A DNA stretch of 64,000 bases, taken from Pavona decussata (taxonomy: Eukaryota). Under the pieces are notes generated by a model, which was given only the letters and a program-made list of their open reading frames with translations, was not told the DNA's origin and did not search any database. The position numbers and the translations under genes are program-made. The stretch lies in the NCBI GenBank assembly GCA_977016875.1, contig CDRNST010000078.1, forward strand, positions 248,001 to 312,000, in the 5' to 3' direction. This document shows positions 49,548 to 60,510 of this stretch, one piece after another (positions within the stretch are counted from its first letter, which is position 1; each line of letters begins with the position of its first letter).

Positions 49548-50499
49548 CTTGATTCTTTGTTTATCACCTGAACTTAACCATTACGCAAATTTGTCCCCGA
49601 TTATAACTCTCAAAATCCCCAAAAGCCACCGTGATGGTTGAATTTGGAGAGGACTTTACATTAGGGAAATCCGAAAACCAAAAACAAGCAAACTAAAACT
49701 GTATAAAAGTTCAGCGTACTTCAGCGAACAAAGTAATCAACATGACGACGGTGTTGTGTGACCACTTGGCGCGTGACATGGAAAACTCAGCCCAGCTCTC
49801 TCTCGGACCCTCGTCACGTTTTTAAACATATAAATTGATCGAGGAAGAGTTACAATAATGGTCCGTTTTTCTTAACAATAACCCTACTAATACAAGGGAT
49901 AATGAACATTATTACATTTCATGTTTGGTTACAGATGACCAGGATGGAATTAAATTGCAACTGAAAAAAAAAACCCTAAGATAAATGGCCAATTTTTAAA
50001 ATTTCTTCCGGGATTTCTTCTCTTTAGTACTACGAAAAGCGCTGAAACGTACTGGTCAATCTAGAATTGAAATCACCTGATATTTTCGTCTCAGGGCCCT
50101 ACTGAAGAGCTATTTCAAAGTTGAGCAAAGGCTGCTTGTCAGATATTTTGTGCAGTTTTGACCAAGACACAGCAGATCTCGATCTCCTCCGACAATTTCA
50201 CTCTTATCGTTACGGGACAGATTTTGGTGTTTCCTCACACCGACACACACTGTAGTTCCAGAGAACACTTTATTCCTTGTTTCTCAGTCCGACGACCAAT
50301 TGAAACAGTCCTTTTCAAGACCTTGTATTTATGTGATTTGACCACATTCATCATTTCACACATTTTTAATGGAAAAAGCAATATTGTCTTGCAGAATGGG
50401 GTGACTTCAGCTGTTCCCTACCTCCAGGTCATCAGCTTAATTACAATATTTTTTCCATTACAGTTGCGAATCAAGCTCAAATCAAACACATGTTTGGCG

Positions 50500-51428
50500 A
50501 TGTTGCATCACTGGTTCAAGCTCATGTTCTCAATTCCTCGACGAGAGCCGATGACGAGGACAGAGAAGTTCATTCAGTGGTCTTCCCTGGTTGCTTACTG
50601 TATCGGTGGCTTCTCCTTTCTAGCCGCCCCACAGTTATATAACATCATACTGCAACTGGACTACCGAGGACACTCCGAAGGATTCATACGATTAGTGGGA
50701 CTCGGAATTGTTGATGTTGGTTTGATATTCGTCGTATTGGCTCGTTGCGATCATAAAATATACCGGATGGGTACCATATCAGCCTCAACCTTTAGCCGTC
50801 TGCTCTGGGTACCGGCCAAGGGTCTGATGCTGATCTTTAGAGATATGTTACCTCTAGCATTTGCACTGATTTTCATGGCTCTCGATTCGTCCCTCTCTTT
50901 GAGCACCCTAGTGATTTGGTACTGTGAGACGGAAGAGCCTTCGTCTCGCGCCTTTTTCAAAGAATTACTCTCATTTGTACGAGACTGCCGTGGACTTAAA
51001 TCGGGAGGCTCGATCTTGGTGGCTTTCATTCTTGGTGTAATTCAAGTGATCTTTTGGTACGTCTTCGTGGTGAGGCCAGATTTTGCTCAAATAATATTCA
51101 ACCTCGATCAATTTGAGGGATTTGCCAGTAGATATTTGTCCACATTCATTTACCTACTCCAATACACGGCTTATATCACGTACTCTGCGCTAACAATGTT
51201 AACCGCTGCCTTGTGCCCATCTCTTTAAGCTATCGAGTCTTAATTGACCTGCCAGTCTTGCTAGTGCTGTTTCTTGTTGATCAAATTGAGAGAAATCTCT
51301 TTCTAGCAATACTGATTATTAATCTCCTAAGTGTCATCATTTTTCTATTGTCGATAGCAATTGAAAAGCGATCTAGGGAGAATACCGCAATCGACACGAA
51401 CAATGGACAAGACGATTCCCCTTTATAA
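50500..51428 (+). pseudogene. Uncharacterised ~8-TM membrane protein with intronless coding region, copy 1, apparent 1-bp frameshift at ~51159
   Basis: ORFs 50158-51228 and 51213-51428 join if one base is restored. Copy 1 reads ctactc-caatacac where copy 2 reads ctgctctcaattcac. Confidence 0.75.
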
Positions 51429-51714
51429 GCTAAAAAACACGATGATCATAGTGCCTCAAGTTGTCAGTGACATCGAGAGTATTATAGAACAATCGAAGTC
51501 CTCCTTTTCATTTAGATACTTGGCCAATTTTTTAAGGACGTTCGCGTGAAATTCTTCTACCCCATAGATTTTTTGTCAAATTTTAGCGATGGTCAGCTAA
51601 TAAGATAATGATGCCAGAAATGCAAAAAAAAATTTAAAAACATAAAAAAAATGGGGGTCACCGATTTCGTTTCAGAAATATAGTGCGGGAAAATACCCTG
51701 ATTTCGAAAAGTTG

Positions 51715-51804
51715 TAGTCTGAAATGTCAGCCGTCTCCTCCCCCTAACCCACAGGAGGCGCCCCCTGTGGGTTAGGGGGAGGAGACGGCTGACATTTCAG
51801 ACTA
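51715..51804. mobile_element. 90-bp hairpin MITE, TAG...CTA, 9-bp TSD
   Basis: Near-perfect palindrome with ~41-bp arms. TSD GAAAAGTTG at 51706-51714 and 51805-51813. Confidence 0.93.
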
Positions 51805-51969
51805 GAAAAGTTGCGCCTTCGTAACTCAAAATGTTCTCCATAGTTTAAGTTTAAAATATTAAAGATGAATAACAGGTGACAAACTATTTTAGTAAAATTT
51901 TATCAAAGGGGGCATGTTTCGCACATTATTTCAACTGGTGTCATTCTTTTAATTAAATTTAGACCTTAA

Positions 51970-52378
51970 GTTGGGGGTAAACGTGAATTTGAATGGAATT
52001 TTAAGAGGATTAAAGAAGGGATAAAAGAAAGAAAATTATTTTTGGAACACCAACAGACAGTTGGCCCCAGCCCAAGAGCACACCAGGTTGGCAGGGGACT
52101 GTTTGGGTGTCCATATATCAATTTTTAACTTCAAATTCTAATTTTTAAACTACATCAAATCTTAACTATTTCTTATTTCTCCAAATTTTACCATTCTTTT
52201 GAGAAAAACTATCTCCTCCCAAATATACCTAAAAATCACGAAAAAAATTACATAACACCCCAAAACATTGATTTGTGTTTTACGCTTACGGTTTTTGTAT
52301 TGCTTGAAACGCGAACGAGCTATTTTCCTTTAACCGATTTTAAGCGGCGTGAAAACGGCTTTCAGGTGTACGCCTGCC
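51970..52378 (-). mobile_element. TTAA-flanked Kolobok-like MITE, inverted copy of 11384-11790
   Basis: TTAA at 51966-51969 and 52379-52382; sequence similarity along the full length. Confidence 0.8.
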
Positions 52379-53331
52379 TTAAAGAAGACATTCACGATCG
52401 TCATACAGCCAAAAAAGGGTGCAATTCGATGGCGGGCGGGCAGAAAAATAGAAAGTAATCAAACTTCCGTCCCATAGATTTTTTTTCATTTTATAATGGG
52501 TAAAGGAAATGATCCATTGAAAAAAAAACTAGGGCTCGCCGAACATCTGAGAGATCAGAGTTATAATCTAGACAAAATAGTCCGGCGCTGTGGTGACAGA
52601 TTCCAAAGACACGTTTTTGTGTGACAGGTCGGAGAAGGACTGGCACCAAAACAGGGATATCTATCCCATGATTCACAGCTCACAATGGTTACTCGATGCT
52701 CGATGTTCTCGTTCGATTGTTTTGTCTAAACTCTGAACGTTTAATTTGTTCATAGTTAATTGAGGGACTGGTTATGAAACTTTGCCATGAAAACAATGGT
52801 GCTGCAAATTAATGTTGGAAGGGCCAGGACAGTGCACAATCATTTGTTTGAATGTTCACACTACAGTTGAATATCTTAACACGAACGTTTCTATTGGTCA
52901 GTTGCTCCAACATATTTCAAAATCTATTGTCGTCTGTGCACTGTCAAGACCAATAACAAAAACATTTAACAAAGAAATTTGTCAGGCTTCATAACCATTG
53001 CCCTTTATTAACTTTAATTTGTTTCTTGTTAGTCTATCGACGCCAAGAAAATGCATCTTTAGCCCGAGCCGTTTAATAGCGTGGCGAAAATGTGAGAAGT
53101 AAACTTATTTATTTACCTAGAATGTTTGGGTAATACGTGGAGACTGATTATACACTACCCTAGCAGAGCCTTTCTTTTGCTTGCTCAATTTTGGCGTTCT
53201 CGAGAAAAACTCTGTATGAATCGAGTAAGAGCATGCGCTGGATGTTGCCAGGATACAGTTTCGAACCCAGGTCTAATATGCCTGATTGGCGCGCGCTTGC
53301 CGCCATTTGAAGTCCTCCAACTTACAGCATT

Positions 53332-53688
53332 TCAAGCCGAGCTTTTCATCTGATCTTTTATCAGGGCAATGAGAGGAGAAACCACCAATAACATTGGGTG
53401 CGAAGGAACGTGAAACGAAAGTTCATCTGACCCCTTGGATAACTGTTTCATTAACGGAATCGCCAGTTGATAAATTAAGGATATGCCGTGTCCGGTAGGA
53501 AGAGAGACGAACGTATCTGAGCCAGAAACAAAGAACTTTAAGGCAGTTGACTGCTGTATTGACAAACCATGCAATACGTGGAACATACCAATTATATTAA
53601 GAAGAATCTCGTCGAGAATATTAAACTGGTGCTTGGCTTCGAGCAGATCTCGCCGCCACCTTGATTTTTCATGGTTCAGCGGGCTCAA
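53332..53688 (-). pseudogene. RecQ-like SF2 helicase N-terminal fragment, probably transposon-borne (AcademH-type)
   Basis: QQSTALKFFVSGSDTFVSLPTGHGISLIYQ (Q motif plus degenerate Walker A, GKS to GIS) and LVVSPLIALIKDQ (motif Ia), then truncation. Confidence 0.75.
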
Positions 53689-54411
53689 TCACAACCATCG
53701 GTTTTATCACTAAACGGATGCTCGCACTGGAAAAACCAGTTTAACGAGAGAAAACAAGATTGACTAGTCCAGAAGTTCGGGCTGCGACAGCTTCAAAGAG
53801 TTGACGCATTTCAGGCAGATCCTGCTTTTCTCCTCCTCAGTATTGAAGAAAAAGACAAAAGGAGGCGATTGTACACAAGATTGGTGAACAATAAAGTTGC
53901 TCTCTTGTAAGGTAAGACTTTCTTGTTTATTATCAAAACTTAAAAAAGATTAAAAGTGACTTGGTATGACTAATAGACTACATAAAGTATTACATTTCAA
54001 TTATTTTGTTATATCGAGGGTCAAGTCTCTTGGCGCAAATGTTCCGCAGATATCAACGCCTTTTCCTAGACTTTCGGCTTGCAACCTTAACCCGTCTAAT
54101 CGTTTCACGTCGTGTAGTAGTTTTTTAAACTGTGCAGTGAAGGTAAATTTTCCCCCTTTCCCTCTTTTTAATGCTGCCACGTCGGCTGACATGTTTTTTT
54201 CCTTCGTGCTTCGTGTTGTAAACTGCCCAGTTTGCATTACGTGTTCAGATTTTATGACCAAATTTGGAAAAAGGGTTTTTTAGGTTTTACGGAACACACG
54301 TGCTCGCTCGAAAACACTTGGTTTTGGATTTTGTACTGTAACACTGCATTTTTCTCGCATTGGTTGGTTGGCATGAAGATGGAATAAACAAGTTAAACAG
54401 TCAACTGTCAA

Positions 54412-54995
54412 AAGGAAGAAAGATCCTCGCTGTTACTACGCAACTTAAGCAGTTGCGAAAAGAAAGCCTGAAAAAAATTCAGGCTTGAACGGGATTCGAA
54501 CCCATAACCGTTGCGATGTCGGTGCAGTGCTCTACCAACTGAGCTATCAAGTCAACTGGGAGCTGGTCATATTGTAAGTTCGTAATATACCCGTGAAAGA
54601 TGAATAAATAATTGTAAATATTTGAAGCCTGTTTGAAACAAATATTTTGAACTGCGGATGAAAGATCAAATAGAAGAAAGATCCTCGCAGTTACTACGCA
54701 ACTTAAGCAGTTTCAAAAAGAAAGCCTGCATGAAAAAAATTCAGGCTTAAACGGGATTCGAACCCGTAACCCTTGCGATGCCGGTGCAGATGCCGGTATA
54801 TTACGAACTAACAATATGACCAGCTCCCAGTTGGCTTGATAGCTCAGTTGGTAATCTCGTACCCCGATCTCGGGAATGTCGAACCGTGGGAGATCTGGGT
54901 ACGAGATTACTCAGTTGGTAGAGCACTGCACCGGTATTTCAGAGGTCATGGGTTCGAGTCTCGTTCAAGCCTGAATTTTTTTCAGGCTCTCTTTT
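54412..54995. repeat. tRNA-derived repeat array: one full and one partial copy in tandem, plus one inverted copy
   Basis: Units start at ~54414 and ~54672; the inverted unit spans ~54797-54990. tRNA-like core ggcttgatagctcagttggtagagcactgcaccggtat..cagaggtcatgggttcga..c.cgttcaagcct. Confidence 0.8.
54852..54909. mobile_element. 58-bp MITE with 9-bp TSD, inserted into a tRNA-like A box
   Basis: TAATCTCGTACCC ... GGGTACGAGATTA. TSD CTCAGTTGG at 54843-54851 and 54910-54918. Confidence 0.9.
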
Positions 54996-56759
54996 CTTTC
55001 TCATTTAAGTAAACTGTCTCCACATTCATCAACCTTGAATTGCGCGTGACATTGCGTGGCGTGTGTCTTTCTTGCGGATACGTGAATTTTCATTATGCTG
55101 GCGCGAGAAACAAGGCCAGTTTTAGCCTGAAAACTAAGGCTATTTTAACGAGTTTTGCACTGTGAATTTTTCTGAAAATTGGCTCAATATTAGGATTTAG
55201 CTGGTATTTGTACTCCAAAAAAATCTTAGGGAGAATTATACGTGAACAACTCCAATAAATGGTAAAAACGAAAATTGGCCAAACGTATGAACAGAATTTG
55301 TTTTGACTTTACGAGGAGATACTTTGGAGTTTCTCTCTTCTTTACACAAAAAATAGCGAAATTTTACCTCGCAAAATTCGGACAAACCCGTTTTGAAACT
55401 AGCTGGGAGTGAAGGAATCAACATATGTATCATCCGCTGGTTGCCATGGAAACGGGGTTTACCAGTTGTAAGGGTGTTTTTAGCAAAGCATAAGGACTTA
55501 GGTACTCGAAACTATGTTTGAACCCAGATATTTTCACAGGGCTGAAAGAACCAGAACACCAAGAAAAATATATATCACTACTAGCGAAAACTGAAGAAAT
55601 GGTATAGAGCCCCCTTAAATTTCTTCTCTTTAGTACTACGAAAAGCGCTGAAACGAACTGGTCAATCGAGAATTGAAATCACCTGACATTTTCGTCCCGG
55701 GGCCCTACTGAAGAGCTATTTCATGTTTGAGCAAAGGCTGCTTGTCAGATATTTTGGGCAGTTTTGACCAAGACACAGCAGATCTTCCCCGGCAATTCTC
55801 CTTTAACAAGAAAAACAAACTCTTATTGTTACCGGACAGATTTGGGCGTTTCCTCACACTACACACACTGTAGTTTCAGAGAACACTTTATTCCTTGTTT
55901 CTCAGTCCGACGACCAATTGCAACAGTCGTTTTCAAGACCTGGTATTTATGTGATTTGACCATATTCATCATTTCACAAATTTTTAATGGAAAATAGCAG
56001 TATTGTTTTGCAGAATAGGGTGACTTCAGCTGTTCGGTACCTCTATGTCATCAGCTTAATTACGATATTTTTTCCATTTAATACAGTCACGAATCAAGCT
56101 CAAATCAAACACATGTTTGGCGATGTTGCATCACTGGTTCAAGCTCATGTTCTCCATTCCTCGACGAGAGCCGATGACGAGGACAGAGAAGTTCATGCAG
56201 TGGTCTTCCCTGGTTGCTTACTGTATCGGTGGCTTCTCCTTTCTAGCCGCCCCACAGTTATATAACATCATACTGCAACTGGACTACCGAGGACACTCCC
56301 AAGGATTCATACGATTAGTGGGACTCGGAATTGTTGATGTTGGTTTGATATTCGTCGTATTGGCTCGTTGCGATCATAAAATATACCGGATGGGTACCAT
56401 ATCAGCCTCAATCCTTAGCCGTCTGCTCTGGGTACCGGCCACTGGTCTGATGCTGATCTTTAGAGATATGTTACCTCTAGCATTTGCACTGATTTTCATG
56501 ACTCTCGATTCGTCCCTCTCTTTGAGCACCCTAGTGACTTGGTACTGTGAGACGGAAGAGCCTTTGTTTCGAGCCTTTTTCAAAGAATTACTCGAATCAA
56601 TACGAGACTGCCGTGGACTTAAATCGGGGGTCTTGATCTTGGTGGCTTTCATTCTTGGCGTAATTCAAGTGATCTTTTGGTACGTCTTCGTGGTGAGGCC
56701 AGATTTTGCTCAAATAATATTCAACCTCGATCAATTTGAGGGATTTGCCAGCGGATATT

Positions 56760-59700
56760 TATGAGGGGTGATCTCCGCCAAAATTATGTTTCAAATTGTG
56801 TTATGCAGAATCTCCAATTTTTCTTATTGGCAATCAAATTCTTTTCTAACGAGATTGGAGCGGTAATTGATATATCACAAAAGAAATTGAAGAAACAGAA
56901 CAGAATTTAAGACACGCGAAGTGAAATAAAGACATTAAAACAGAAATTGAAGCAACAGAACAGAAATTACAACACAATTAACAACCGATCCAATTTCTGT
57001 TCTGTTGCTTCAATTTCTGTTCTGATGGGGGTGTGGCTCAAACGGGGAACCGAGCAGAACCTGGGTAAGAACTAGTTCTACATTATAATTTATGAAAATC
57101 TATTCGATGATCTTCCCGCGTAAAGAAATTTTTTCCGATTCCAAGATGGCCGCTGATGAGAATGTATTTCGGCGAAGTATTCTAGATGTTGTGGGAGAAG
57201 TATTGAGAGATCTACAAGCTTCTATGACTGAAAGAGCTTTGTTTCGTCCTGACTGGCTACTCGATGTTGTGAACAGATACGCAGATTCGTTGGGATTTAA
57301 AAGTGTTGACGGGCCTACACGACTCCTGCAGTTCGCATATAGATTGGTCTTAAAGCCTTTATAGCTTAGCTCTTACAAGGGTGTCTTTTAGGGATTTTCC
57401 TTTGCGATATGAAATGAGGGGAGGCTCCTTAAATATATTTCTCAGATATGGTTGATTGTGTATAAGGTGCCATTTCCCCATAAGTATGTTCTTGAGGTTG
57501 GGTAACGCAGGGTGGTATTGCGTTACAAAGGGCAGTATTTTCTTACGTGCATTTTTGTTTCTCTGTTCCAGTGCTTTCTTTCTGTCAGTGAAAATGACCT
57601 CCGAGAGATGTTTTTCTACAGTTGTAGCTGGGTAATCTCTATTCTTGAGGCGTGTTGCAAAATTCCTCATATTCTCTTGAAAAGTGTTATCAGAGGAATT
57701 TGTTCTTAGAATAACGCTTCTCCTTTGATAAAACCTTTCGTGACGCCTGGTGGGTGGCAAGAATAGAAATTCGTGTATTGGAAGGTCTCTGTAGGCTTGA
57801 AGTTTGTTCGCACGTCAAGGATAGAATCCTTGTTGAGTCTGACACCTTTGTACACTATCGTGTCCAAGAATGTAGTTTCTGTTTCTGAGATTTCAGCCGT
57901 GAATTTGATTGTGGGATGGAATTGCTTTTAGAAGGAATTCTTCTATTTTGTTTCTGCTTGTATCCCATACTGATATGACGTCATCGATAAACCTTTTCCA
58001 AAAGATAGGCTTAATGCTGCTCTCTCTGAGTATTTCTTTTTCTATTTTGGCCATGAAGGTGTTAGCAAAGGTTACGGCCATTTTCGTGCCCATGGCTGTT
58101 CCATGGGTTTGAAGATAATCTTTCCCGTTAAATTGAAACGAGTTTTCTTGTAGGATCAGACTAAGCATCTCGCTTAAAAACCTGGTAGGAACTGGAGGGT
58201 TTCCTTGGTGAAATTCTTCGTATCCATTGCATACAGTGGTAATACCCTCTTGTGGTATGTTCGTGTATAGGCTTCTGTCGTCCATTGAAACAAGTATAGC
58301 ACTTTTAGGCAGTTTAATCTTCTCGATGAAGTTAATAAAGTCTGTCGTATCTTTAAGATACGAAGCTTGTTGTTGTGCTATTGGCTGAATAAGGTGGTCA
58401 ACAAATGCTGAGATCCGTTCTGTAGGGCCGGAACACCCTGGGATAATAGGTCTTCCGACAAGTGTCGGTTTGTGAATCTTAGTGAGTGTGTAAAACACTG
58501 GAATTCGCGGAGTATCAGGTGTAAGAGAGAGCCATTTAGCCGTCATTTCGTCAATGTGGCCTTCTGAAAGCAGTGATTTAATAGGTTGTTGAGCTTTTTT
58601 GGCTGTAGTTTCAGCCATTGGTTTGTCTAGGGGTAGGTAGTTATTTAAATCATTAGTAGAACTTGACCCTCGTTAAGTTTGTCTTGTCTGCTTATCAATA
58701 CGGTTGTGCTCCCCTTATCAGATTTTTTAAGAATAATGCTTTTGTTACGCGATAGCTCTTTGAGAGCTTGGTGCTCTCCCCTAGATATATTATCTTTTGG
58801 CTTGTCAAATTCTATACTTGCGAGCTCAAATTTGACCTCCTCTAGGAAGGTCTCTAGAGCTACTGATGGCTGGACTGGTGGTTTCCAGTCTGACTTAACG
58901 TGGAAAGGATGAGGTTCGCTTTCTTCTCCGTGAAAAATATACTGTAGTCGGGTCTAGTCGCATTCGTCTCGCAAATTGATCAAAATCCGCGAGAAGTTTG
59001 CGCCTGATAAGATTTTCTTTTGTCACGGGTGTTGGGATAAACTTAAGACCACGCGATAGTAAAGTAATTTGCTCATCTGTCAGTTGTTCATTTGACAGGT
59101 TTTTGACATGCTGTTTGCGTGACTCAATGGCGTTACAAAAGTGCTTTTTGTCTTTGATTTTTCTCCGCTCTTTTCTTTTTCGGTTTTTGGCCGTTTTGTT
59201 AACTCTGTGGTTTGCTTTCCCTTTTCCCCTTACTTCTAAGGAGTCTGATAAGACACAAGGGTAAGATTCACTCTGTTTATTCTCACGTACTTGTGATCTC
59301 ATTTGTTCTAACAGTACATGACTAGCTATGACTACGCGTACATGACTCCGGGCTAATGTCTCATCGCCATTCATTGTGGTGTTGGTCGCTGTGTTGCTCC
59401 AACCCTCGATAACTTCTTTAACCTCCTCTAACAAGGAGATACATCGAGCTGAAAGTCCTCCCTCGCAGGTGCTTTCCTCTCGAGTGGCCATTTCAAACAA
59501 GGAAATAATTTTCTATACGCGGCAGCGCGGCAACTTAGTAATCGGATGTATTTTCATAAATTATAATGTAAAACTAGTTCTTACCCAGGTTCTGCTCGGT
59601 TCCCCGTTTGAGCCACACCCCCATCAGAACAGAAATTGAAGCAACAGAACAGAAATTGGATCGGTTGTTAATTGTGTTGTAATTTCTGTTCTGTTGCTTC

Positions 59701-59888
59701 AATTTCTGTTTTAATGTCTTTATTTCACTTCGCGTGTCTTAAATTCTGTTCTGTTTCTTCAATTTCTTTTGTGATATGTCAATTACCGCTCCATTCTCGT
59801 TAGAAAAGAATTTGATTGCCAATAAGAAAAATTGGAGATCTGTATAACACAATTTGAAACATAATTTTGGCGGAGATCACCCCTCATA
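56760..59888. mobile_element. Composite DNA transposon with 340-bp TIRs and 6-bp TSD (IS3EU-like ends) carrying a Penelope-like RT
   Basis: TIRs 56760-57099 and 59550-59888, termini TATGAGGGG...CCCCTCATA, TSD GATATT at 56754-56759 and 59889-59894. Confidence 0.9.
57296..59370 (-). mobile_element. Degenerate Penelope-like element reverse transcriptase, lacking a GIY-YIG endonuclease
   Basis: Minus-strand ORF pieces contain NLSNEQLT..LLSRGLKFIPTP, FYTLTKIHKP..GRPII, YLKDTTDF, SLYTNIP, GTAMGTKMA, WKRFIDDV, LPFVTQYHP and KSLKDTLVRAKL*, with several frameshifts and stops. Confidence 0.9.
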
Positions 59889-60510
59889 GATATTTGTCCA
59901 TATTCCTTTACCTGCTCTCAATTCACGGCTTATATCACGTACTCTGCGCTAACAATGTTAACCGCTGCCTTGTGCCCATCTCTTTAAGCTATCGAGTCTT
60001 AATTGACCTGCCAGTCTTGCTAGTGCTGTTTCTTGCTGATCAAATTGAGAGAAATCTCTTTCTAGCAATATTGATTATTAATCTCCTAAGTGTTATCATT
60101 TTTCTATCGTCGATAGCAATTGAAAGGCGATGTAGGAGGAATACCGCATTCGACCCGAACACTGGACAAGACGATTTCCCTTTATTAGCTAAAAAACAAG
60201 ATGATCATAGTGCCTCAAGTCGTCAGTGACATCGAGAGCATTACAGAACAATGGAAGTCCACTTTTTTACTTAAAATCCTTCAAGTGTTTATTTGCGGGA
60301 GCACAATCACAGATTCTCAAGCGCTACACTTATCTCCTCTCAATGAAACCAATTCTCCGTCCCGTGATCCTTCCGTGTTACAAAGGATCAGTGCTTCCGC
60401 CAGAGAAAAAAAAGACTGCACACAGTTTAGAAGACTGGCTTACGAGAAGGCCCACTTCTTAGAGTTTCACGCAAGTCCTCCACAGAGGCTTCTTCAAGCC
60501 GCTTCTCTTC

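Larger units (their letters stand above)
56123..60229 (+). pseudogene. Uncharacterised ~8-TM membrane protein, copy 2, split by a 3.1-kb insertion
   Basis: Removing 56760-59894 restores ...FEGFASGYLSIFLYLLSIHGLYHVLCANN... as one open frame to 60229. Highly similar to copy 1. The duplicated block is ~50013-51520 versus ~55619-60280. Confidence 0.85.

Noticed and set aside
50158-50499. N-terminal extension of the 356-aa ORF
   Set aside because: The frame is not preserved in copy 2 (indels), and a pyrimidine tract plus CAG at ~50463 suggests intron or UTR. The ATG at 50500 is preferred.
53332-53688. Host RecQ/WRN/BLM gene
   Set aside because: It is an isolated fragment with a mutated Walker A, has no further exons and is embedded among transposon pieces.
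54481-54553. Functional tRNA gene
   Set aside because: It is part of a larger multi-copy repeat unit with imperfect stems, so it is treated as a tRNA-derived repeat.
56753-56760. 8-bp TSD (hAT-like) reading of the composite element
   Set aside because: It requires a mismatch (GGATATTT vs AGATATTT). The 6-bp GATATT reading gives a perfect TSD, perfect termini and a restored reading frame.
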